A stretch of DNA of 63,872 bases. It comes from Chlorokybus atmophyticus. Lineage: Eukaryota; Plantae; Mesostigma and Chlorokybus algae. How positions within the stretch are numbered: position 1 is the stretch's first letter; each line of letters opens with the position of its first letter. Shown here piece after piece: positions 34,369 to 44,320 of this stretch. The notes below the pieces were generated by a model. It worked only from the letters and a program-made list of their open reading frames with translations, ran no database searches and was not told the DNA's origin. The position numbers were made by a program, and so were the translations under genes. The DNA lies in assembly GCA_009103225.1 (NCBI GenBank), contig RHPI01003488.1, positions 559,931-623,802 of the forward strand, given 5' to 3'.

Positions 34369-37300
34369 CGGTGTGGGGTGGTTGCTTGTATAGGAACGGC
34401 GCCAAAGGAGCAAAGTAGTGGGCGACTTGAGAACAATAGTTGTATAGCTACAACGATGAAGTTGCCTATGAAATGCGATGTTTGTTTTGGGAATGAGTTT
34501 GAAGATTTGCCAAGAATTAATTCACTTGAGGTAGGGCATGAGCGAATTCTCATATGCGTGCCACTTCGTGAGTTAACAAGTACTTTGACAAATTATTGGC
34601 AACTAAAGCAAACTAACCCCGAAATTAAGGCGTGTGTTCTAACACCTAAATATTATGGTAAGTGGAAAAGGTTGTTAGGCGGTATGCGCCGTATGGGCAC
34701 ATTACCAAGGGCCAAATCACCTTTTGCCACTGACTTGCAAATATGGTGTGATGACGCAAGTGATCGCCGAGGTTCACAGATAAATCCTAGGCTAAGTATG
34801 GTCTTCGATGCATTAGTGAATGAGAGGGCGTGTGGTGTCTTAGTCGACACTGGTGCCTTAGAAAATTTCGTAAGTGCCGAATTGGCAAAAAGGGTCTCGG
34901 CCACCATTGAAACTACCAATGCTAGGGCAAGCCTAGTAGGTGAGTTACATTGTGAAGTAAGTGGCGTGACAGAGTTGCTAATTCGAATGGGGGATTATAG
35001 GACCAAAATTAAGCTGTATGTGGTCAAGTCCCTTATTTCAGGCATAGACGTGATATTAGGTGATAGTTGGCAAAAGCACATGAACTTAGAATTAACAAGC
35101 GTGCCACCTTCTATTACAATCACACAAGGTGACAAGCGTTTTGCTTTGACACCTAGTAGGAACCGTAAGCCTAATAGAAGGAGTAAACCCACCATTGACC
35201 CAATTGATCAATGGTTAAAGGGTGACTCCGAATTGGCTGTAGGTTGCCTAAGCATAGTGGGGGACTTGGAAGAGTCAAGTGAAATTGATTGGGAAAAGGT
35301 ACACCCGGTGGTGAGGGAGTTTATGGATATATTCTCCGCGGATCTACCAAGTGCACCGGCAAATAGGTTTGTCTAATGTAATTTTTGCCGAAACGAAGGG
35401 AGGCAAGCTCCGAATGTGTGTTGATTATAGGTCATTAAATGCACAAACGGTGATGAATGCCTTCCCCTTACCGCGTTTGGATGATTTGTATGATCAACTA
35501 GTTGGGAAGTCGTGGTTTAGCACCCTCGACCTAACTAGTGGTTATCACCAAATACCTATCGCGATAGAAGATAGGTATAAGACAGGGTTTAAAACCCCTA
35601 TGGGTCATTATGAATATACGGTGATGCCATTTTGCTTGTGCAATGCGCCGGCCACATTCCAAGCGGTAATGAATGAAGTATTTAAAGAGGAGGTAGGGAA
35701 ATTCGTCCTAGTGTACTTGGATGATGCTATTGTATTTTCAAGTACAAAAGAGGAACATGTGCTTCATTTACGAAAAGCCTTGAGTAGGCTAAGGGAGCAT
35801 AAGTTCTTGGCGAATTTCAAGAAGTGTGACTTCTTTGCTAGGGAAGTAGAGTACTTGGGTAATATTGTGAGTGAAGAAGGAATAAAAGGCGATCCTAAGA
35901 AACTCGAAAGGGTTAAAGACTAGGCAGTTCCTAAGAATGTAACGGAGTTACAGAAATTCTTGGGTTTTTGCCTATGGTTCCGCCGTTTTATTTTAGGCTA
36001 TTCAATTATAGCCGCCCCACTCACTACTTTGACAAGTACCCGAAAACCCTTCGAATGGGGTCTTAAGGAGCAACAAGCCTTTGAAAGGCTTAAGGCTGCT
36101 ATGACCTCACTTCCGGTATTGAAGTTGCCGGAAACGGACAAGCCATTTGAGGTAACAAGTGATGCCTCTTTGGCAGGAACCGGGGCTATACTAGTGCAAG
36201 AGGGGCATCCAGTAGCCTTTGAAAGTTTCAAGTATAAGCCCGCGAGAAGAATTACTCAACCACCGATCAAGAATTATTAGGTGTTGTGAAAGCGTTGCAT
36301 AGATGGAGGTGTTACTTAGAGGGGAGACATTTTAAGGTGATAACTGATCACAACCCCTTAGTGCACCTAAATACGCAACCTAATTTGTCGCGACGCCAAG
36401 TAAGGTGGCATGAGTATTTGGTGCGATATGATTTTGATTGGGAATATAGGCCAGGTAGGATAAATGCGGCAGATCCTTTAAGTAGGCATCCCGCATTATC
36501 CGAGGATTTGGCGTTACTTGCATTGGATTATGTGAGTGACATTCCTAACCAAATAATCGCAAGTTATACTAATTGCCCGGAGTTCCTTTTGGAATACAAC
36601 CAAGTGTTAAAACCACATGGGGCATTTTGGTATAAAGATGAAGAAAAGATTGCGGTTCCAATAGATGGGTCACTTAGGTCAAAGGTGATTGAAGAATCAC
36701 ATAATCCCCCTTACCGTGGCCATTTTGGTATAAGGAAAACTACCGAGTCTTTGGCTAGGAGGTATTGGTGGCCGACCTTAAGAATTGATGTTGAAAGTTT
36801 TGTAAAGAATTGTGACTCATGCCAAAGGAATAAATCCGTAAGGACAAAACCGGCCGGGAAATTACAACCTTTGCCCATACCAGAGGGGGCTTGGAAGTCA
36901 ATGTCTGTTGACTTCATAGTCCAATTACCTAAAACGGTAAAAGGGAATAATGGAATGGTTGTATTTGTAGACCGGTTTAGTAAGGTTGTTCACTTAGAAC
37001 CAACTCCTCCAAAATTTACGGGCGAGGATTTTGCCCATGCCTTTTTCAGGAGATGGTATTCACAACATGGGATGCCCGTGGATATGATTTCGGATAGGGA
37101 TTCGCGGTTCACTTCCGCCTTTTGACGTGAATTATGTGATACATTAAGTTTGGATAATAAGTTATCCACCGCGTTTCACCCTCAAACAGATGGGCAAACC
37201 GAGCGTGTGAATCAGACAGTGGAACAACTATTGAGGCATTACTCACTAAAGAATATTAGAGATTGGGATACATATCTCCCTTTCGTTGAGTATGCCATCA

Positions 37301-37968
37301 ATGATTTAGTGAATGAGTCAACGGGGATGACACTATTTTATATTGGTTATGGCCGCCATCCATTGAGTCCAGTTGAGGCTTTAATGGAGAATATGGGGGC
37401 TAGGAAAAGAGTCAACCCCTCGGCTCAAATTTTGGCTCAACGAATAGGGCAGGTGCAAAATGAGGCCAAGAGGGCCTTATTAGCAACCCAAAATCGTATG
37501 CGTCAATATGCCGATGCCAAGAGGGCAGAGGCCGTGTTTGAAGTGGGACAAGACGTCCTACTTAGCACAAAGAATGTGAGGATGGAGTTTCTCGATGGGG
37601 CCCGAAAACTATTACCCCGATGGCTTGGACCATTTAAGGTAATAGAAAAGATAGGGGCTATGGCATTCAAGTTAGAATTGCCACCGAGTCTTAAGATACA
37701 TAATGTATTTCATGCCTCGCTATTGAGAACCTATTACTCAGATGGGTCGGTGCAGCCACCACCACCCCCAATGTTTATAGAAGGAGATTGGGAGTATGAA
37801 GTTGAGGGTATAATAACCCACAAAGGCCGGAAAGGCAGATCTCCCAGTTACTTTGTGAAATGGAAGGGTCATCCGTTCGAAGCATGTGAATGGGTTGACG
37901 AACCTAACATGCGATCACCGCTTCTGATAAAGAAATATTGGAGGGAGCTAACGGTTGCCCAAAGATGA
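34369..37968 (+). pseudogene. pol of the inner element: methyltransferase-like domain, PR, RT (N-terminal deletion), RH, INT, chromodomain
   Basis: Protease LVDTGALENF (34846), DVILGDSW; RT LRMCVDYRSLN, LDLTSGYHQI, VYLDDAIVF; RH VTSDASLAGTGAIL, ADPLSR; INT MSVDFIVQLP, ISDRDSRF, HPQTDGQTER, GPF; chromodomain EYEVEGII...YFVKWKGH. Lesions: deletion at about 35375, TAG at 35921, frameshift at about 36243, TGA at 37123. Confidence 0.92.
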
Positions 37969-38127
37969 AGTCCAGGTAGGTCCATTTCTGAAAATATATA
38001 TTTTTCGCCTTTAGAAATAGTTCCACGTTTTGACCTATCAAGTTACTGATCATGGCTTGTTTTCCTACGTTGGAAAGCGTGGAGAAAGAAATTGAGCAGA
38101 GACGCTCAATAACTAAAGGGGGGGCAT

Positions 38128-39592
38128 TGTTACGGCCTAGCTACTACAGCTGGTCATGTACAGTGTATATATAAGTTTAATTAGCGAGAGACAAAAGTTT
38201 AATAAACCTTGGTTGGATTATCTTGGTTTGTTATAAAAGGTTTGAATGCGTGTGTTTGTGTTTGAGCTTTAACACGAATGCAATGCATCGCTAATTATAG
38301 GCCTGGCTAGTTAGAGCATTTGAATGCATCTAATTAGAAGTGGTTGACTAGGAATTACCCTATTCATGAATGTATGGGCGTCTTGAGTAGGAAGATAAAA
38401 GCACATGGCTTTAGTATAACGATTTATTAACGCGATGTGGGCTTATGGGGCCAATCGCGTGAAACATCATAGGAAAAAGCATGTGTAATTATAAGGTTCA
38501 TTTAGGCCAATCCAAGGCGGCTTATTTGGATCAGATGAATAGAGCGAAGTAGCCTCTCTTAGGGTGAACAAAAAGGACTTCGCGAAATGAGTTCGCGAAG
38601 GGGTTGATTCACCTGCGAAGTGAATCAACATAGTGAACTAAATTAGTTCACTAGTTCAGTTACGAACATGAACTAAAATAGTTCACTAAGGGTTCGTAAG
38701 TGAATTAAAATAGTTCACTGGTTCAGTTACGAACATGAACTAAAATAGTTCACTGGTTCAGTTACGAACATGAACTAAAATGGTTCACTGAGTCAGCTAC
38801 GAACATGAACTAAAATAGTTCACTAAGGGTTCGTAAGTGAACTAAAATAGTTCACTGGTTCAGTTACGAACATGAACTAAAAGTAGTTCACTAAGGGTTC
38901 GTAGTGAACTAAGTGAACTAAGTAAACTAAGTGAACTAAGTGAATCACCCTAATATGAGGGAACTAATAGAAGAGGGAGCCAAAAGTGAATCACTGGTGA
39001 ACCAAGTTAGTTCACTAGTAGAGTGATTCATAAAGCCGACAAGGTAGTGAACTAAAGTTGATTCACTAGTGAATCAACTATTAGATCACTTCGCGACGCG
39101 ACGTCGCGACAGAAAATCGGCTAAGGCATATGCCCCCTCCCGCGTGTGCCGATACGCAGCGCGTGACAGCGCCGTCTGCCATGGCCGCAAGCACAAAAAT
39201 TGCGGATTAGCATTATTGGTCACTTTGCAGAATGCCAGTGAACTAATGCCGGGTGAACTAAACTAATCACTTGGGTGAGTGAATGGGGATCTGGTAGGGG
39301 GCTTTGAACCAAGTAGGTCTTAGCCAAGATAGTTCCTAGTAAAGCTCATGGCGATGGATTTCGCCATAAAAAAGGAGCCAGTCGCGGGTGGAGGGTAGCC
39401 GCCGCACGACTTGTGCTCTGGGCTTTTGGGGCTAAGGTAGGGGTACCTAAGCTAGGTGACCATAACCCTTAAGTTGCCAAGTAGTTGTTCATTCAACGAA
39501 AGGTGGTTAAGGGAGTGTACAGTCACTACATGTAAAGTGTGTGATCACTGTACATAGTTTTAAGTGATAATTACCCCTCGCCCGGCGTAACA
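38128..39592 (+). repeat. 3' LTR of the inner element
   Basis: Follows the PPT, about 99.4% identical to 31584-33048, and is followed by the TSD CGCGC. Confidence 0.96.
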
Positions 39593-39597
39593 CGCGC

Positions 39598-41569
39598 ATA
39601 GCTGCTCCCTTGACTGCCCTACTCAAGAAGGGAAAGCCTTAGAGCTGGTCAGCAACAGAGGAACATGCATTTGCTGCGTTGAAGAAGGTGCTGACGGAAG
39701 CACCAGTCCTGGCTCACCCCGACATGGAAAAGACATTGAGTTTTGCTTGCGACGCGTCCGACACAGCCGTAGGAGCTGTTTTGCAGCAAGACCATGGCAA
39801 CGGCCTTCAACCATTAGCATTCTTCAGCAAGAAGATGAGTGGTGCGGAGCTGAATTACCCCGTGCACGAGAAGGAACTTTTGGCGCAAGTAATGGCGCTA
39901 CGACAATGATGTTGTTTTCTGGAAGGCAAAAAGTTTATGCTTGAGATGGATCACTCTCCACTAAGGTACTTACAAACACAACGTCATCTAAGTCGCAGAC
40001 AAGCACGATGGCTGGAGTTCTTTCAACTTTTTGACTTCGATATCAAAAACAAGCCCGGTACGTCAAATGGTGTTGCTGACGCGCTGAGCCGGCTTAATGC
40101 AATTGAGGCACTCGCTCAAGTGCAGCCCGAGTGGACCGACCAGATTCGACAAGTGCTTCGTGAAGACACGGAGGGTATGAGAGTGCTGCAGAGCTGGAAA
40201 GTGCAGCTACGGACACAAGTAGGCATTGGTCAATGTGCGACGGGCTGCTATGGCACCACGGGCGCTTGTACATCCCCAACGTCGCGCATATCCGTGTGAA
40301 GTTGCTGAAGGAAGCTCATGACGTGCCCATTGCTGGTCACCAAGGGTTGGAGAGGACTTTGACAAGCTTGAAGCAGCGTTTTTACTGGCGAGAGATGCAT
40401 CGCGATGTGCGCGACTACGTGGCGTTGTGCGACGCATGCCAAAGGGTGAAGGCAAGCAACCAAAAGCCAGGTGGGTTGCTGCAACCTCTCCCTGTGCCAT
40501 TGTCCAAGTGGGAGCAAGTTACCATGGACTTTATCACGGGGCTACCAAAGACAAAAGAAGGGTACGACGCTATACTTGTGTATCGTCGACAAACCAGCAA
40601 AATGGTACGCTTGGCACCGTGTGGTGAGTCTTGCACGGCACCGGAGGCAGCACGCTTGTTCGTGAAGCATGTGTTTCGTTCTCATGGATTACCACGAAGC
40701 ATTGTGAGTGATCGCGACCCGCGCTTTGCAAGTAAGTTTTGGGAGGCGCTGCTAGTGCACTGGGTACCACACTGAAGTTTAGCACGGCATTCCACCCGCA
40801 AACTGAGGGGCAAATGGAACGGGCCAACCGTGTGATCGAGGACATGCTGCGTTGCTACATTAACGCGCGACAAGACAATTGGGCGGAGCTGCTTGAGTTG
40901 GTGGAGTTTGCGATCAACAACCACCACAATGCAAGCACAGGTGTCACTCCCTTCCTTATGAACTACGGGCAACATCCATTGACACCATTGACGGCATGGA
41001 CACCGCGACGACATGACGTGCGTGTGGAGGCAGCTAATGACTTCCTCACAAAGTGCGCGGACATTAATAAGGCGGCTACGGAGGCGCTATTGGTGGCACA
41101 AAACAGACAGAAGCAGTACGCGGACGCGCATCGCCGACACCTCACATTTCAGGAAGCCGACATTGTGTTACTATCCGCGAAGCATGTACAAGTGCGTACG
41201 GGAGTTCGCAAGCTGAATGAACGCTGGTTGGGACCATTTAAGGTCAGCAAAGTTATTTTGGACGTGGCGTACAAGCTGGAGCTACCCGAATCCATGCGTG
41301 TGCACCCCGTTTTTCACGTCTCCCTCTTGAAGGCATATCGAGGACAACCGCCAGAAAGGCCGCCCCCCGAAGTTGGCACAGATGGTGAACCAGAGTGGGA
41401 GGTAGAAGACATCCTTGGTAAGAAGTTTGTGCATGGCGTGCGCAAGTTTTTAGTGCAATGGAAGGGCTATCCATTGCATGAAGCAACCTGGGAGCCAGAG
41501 GCACACTTGGCTAATGCTCGAGACGTTGTACGTGACTATCTTGCTCGACGCCAACCTCGCGAGCTTTGA
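39598..41569 (+). pseudogene. pol 3' part (RNase H, integrase, chromodomain) of the outer element
   Basis: Resumes ...FSR|IAAPLTALLKK after the nested insertion. RNase H CDASDTAVGAVL, HEKELLA, DHSPL, VADALSR; integrase H...GH...C..CQ, MDFITGLP, IVSDRDPRF, STAFHPQTEGQMER, WLGPF; chromodomain EWEVEDIL...FLVQWKGY...TWEPE. Confidence 0.9.
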
Positions 41570-41597
41570 GGACGAAGCTCACCTAGAAGGGGAGGAG

Positions 41598-42269
41598 TGT
41601 AACAATCAAAGCCATATTTCGTGATTTTCATGGCCATTTCAAGCCATATTTGTGAGGTATCATGTTTTTCATGACTTGTGGCGGATATCGACCGGCGAGT
41701 TGCGAGTCTGCCGCAGATATCGACCGGCCCAGGGCCAGTCTTGAAGACGCCAGAAAACGGAGGGCCAGTCGAGAAGGGCTCGACCAGATTTTCGGAAGGG
41801 CCTGGCGCCAAGTAGTATAACTTGACCATATGAGCAGCAAATGAGGAGATCTTTGGTGCGTCGGAAAGGTCTAGAAGTGTACTACAAGATTCTGCAAGAA
41901 TATCTTAGCTTCTAGTTCCGTCTAGCGCTAGAATCGTCTAGACAGTAGCATGTGCAGACTGGTAGGTATAAAAGTGACATTCTACAATTTGCAATACAAC
42001 CTTTAGCTCCCTAGTTTCTTGTGTGCAAGCCTGGTGGTGGTTAGCAGGGGTTGCTAGCGTGTCCACTGGTGTGTGCTTGCTTGTGTGACGATCCAAGGCG
42101 CTACACGAGTCGGTGTGTAGCTTGGAGCGCATGCGCGTGCGTACGCGAGTGGCAGGGCACGCGTGTGTGCTTGGCAGAGGGGGCAAGGTTCCGGTGTGAA
42201 TACCGTGTCTTGGTGAGAGGGTTGTTGATTGGACCAACTCACAGGTGACAAGGCACGAGCACCGTCACA
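41598..42269 (+). repeat. 3' LTR of the outer element (672 bp)
   Basis: Follows the PPT, matches 28243-28916, and is followed by the TSD CATAG. Confidence 0.95.
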
Positions 42270-42780
42270 CATAGGCTCAAGAGCAGACTTACGTGAGAGC
42301 ATACCCCATAAGCACTACACTTGCTTATGAGGAATGAGTCCCCACTGAGTCTCAACTTACTAACATAAGTAACGAACCGAGAATGACTTTTGCCAGCCTT
42401 ATAAGCGTGACAGAAGACATGTGCTATTACACCGCCGCAGTTAGGTAACACCGTGACGCACGCACGCGCTGCACGTGTGCATGCTCACCGAATCAAAGGC
42501 TTTGGTATTGTAGGTGCGTCAATCGTACTATCGCACAAGTCCCTTAAGTATTACACACAAACAATATCATCAGTCAATCCGTACGAGGCAATCCGTAGCA
42601 CTTGCGGACTCGTTTATTATTATTAAATAAATTTTTGTCAAATAGATTTTGGTCTTCAAGTCAATAAAAACTCATCCCTACTTGATACCAATAAAACCAC
42701 ATTAATAAAATAGGCCTATACGTTAAGTCAGTTTTCATATTAACTTCAAGTTGTAATTGTCCAAATTGTACAGTGTGTAA

Positions 42781-43370
42781 CATACAACGCTTTACTTGAA
42801 ACATGTTACATGCGGCGTACCGTAATATTGTAGATGCTTTAATATGTTAATAATTACATTTACTTTACCGACTGACTGGTTGCAGAATATCCATGCGATC
42901 GTGCTTAAGTCATGCACATGAGCAGTTGTTAGTGCGCCAATTAAATGTGTACACGTGTATGTATAATATACCCATAAGCGAAGCTCACAAGTATACCCAC
43001 AAGCACATGTAAACATATACTCGGCGCACTAACAAGCACATGTGCATGACTTACGCAGGATCGCATGGATATACTACAAGCAGTCAGTCAGTAAAGTAAA
43101 TATAATTAATTAACATATTAATTTGCATTTAACAGCTACATTAAGATACTTAAGGTATTATTACCTAAGTACTGTGTCATTTTTTGTGTGTGCTATAAAT
43201 AACAAAATCAACTTCTCTAATGCAATATATTATGGTTAAGTGTGTACATGAAAATGTGCACTACTTAAGAAGACACTTGACACAAGGAATAGCGGACGCA
43301 CATGTGGAAATTGTGTGATATGTGCGTTCAATACAAACTTCGCGCATTCTGTGGTTAAGACGGGTAACAA
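42781..43370 (+). repeat. Diverged AT-rich dispersed repeat, copy 1 (homologous to about 62721-63150)
   Basis: Colinear blocks, for example gtgtacatgaaaatgtgcactacttaagaagacacttgacac versus gtgtacatgaaaatatgcattgcttgataagacacatgacac, plus shared atgttaataatta and caatacaaact. Confidence 0.6.
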
Positions 43371-43984
43371 AATCCAGCATATACACACGCGAGTTGTGAC
43401 GCATAAACACAGGCGATTATCAATAACAACATATACGACTTGAGCTCCTAAAGTATGGTTACCTCATGCACGCGGATTAACTTGGACACATGCAATTGGG
43501 CTGTACGCTTCATGTTACAGTGTAAGGGTCTCAGTCAATTCGCAGGGTTTCGCCACTTGCACCTCCCGTCAGAGCCTCAGAGGTTGCACCACATTTTCAA
43601 ACTTGTAAAAGCTGTAATGTGTTTCAAATTCTGATGCAACGGTGCTGGCGCCAATGTGTGTACGTAGCGACTCCCACAAGATCCAAGTTGACGGTGAACA
43701 GCTAACTCATGGTCTGACTGCTGGGCAATCAATCATCCGAATGCATGCAGCGTCTGTGTTGCTGGTCGTCGAACCCGGCTAGATGTGCAACCGCGGTACA
43801 TTCAAGTTGTAGCCGGCCGACACTACACTAGGGCGGGGCACTGGCTGCTGCCTTTAGGCGTCCAAGTTGTTTTAGGAGAAGGTGGGGCGGGGCGGGGCGC
43901 TTGGGCTCACAGCGCAAGGACGTCGCCGCCGCCGCCGCCATTCCTTCCTGAGCGCTCGTGCTGGGTGATGTGCTGCCGAGCATC

Positions 43985-44242
43985 ATGCTGACCCGCATGG
44001 TCGTGGGCAGACGGCAGGTCTTGTGGGAAGCCATGGGCCTCGGCGAAGTAGGCGGCGTTGCTGAGGCGCCGTTGGCCGCTGCAATAGCCCTCTCCGACAG
44101 AGCAGCAGAGTGCCAGCAGAAGCGGCGCAAGAAGAAGCGGAAGCAGCAGCAGAAGGCCTCGGCAGCGGCCAAGGTACGGGTCATGCATGCCTGGTGAAGC
44201 CATTGTGCTGCTCAGTTGCGCTGCACACGTTTTGCATGTGCA

Positions 44243-44320
<78 letters not shown>

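Larger units (their letters stand above)
31584..39592 (+). mobile_element. Inner (nested, younger) Ty3/gypsy chromovirus, 8009 bp
   Basis: 1465-bp TG...CA LTRs at 31584-33048 and 38128-39592 with 9 differences by manual count. TSD CGCGC at 31579-31583 and 39593-39597. PPT AAAGGGGGGG at 38115-38124. Domain order gag-[extra domain]-PR-RT-RH-INT-chromo. Confidence 0.97.
28243..42269 (+). mobile_element. Outer Ty3/gypsy chromovirus LTR retrotransposon, degenerate, interrupted by a nested element
   Basis: TG...CA LTRs at 28243-28916 and 41598-42269. TSD CATAG at 28238-28242 and 42270-42274. PBS TGGTATCGGAGC at 28919-28930; PPT AGAAGGGGAGGAG at 41585-41597. Domain order gag-PR-RT-RH-INT-chromo. 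Confidence 0.97.

Noticed and set aside
29024-41569. RIP-like or targeted C-to-T hypermutation of the retrotransposons
   Set aside because: Most stops are C-to-T type, but transitions can only create stops from CAA, CAG, CGA or TGG, so this is ascertainment bias. The outer LTR differences are about 18 transitions to 7 transversions, an ordinary ratio.
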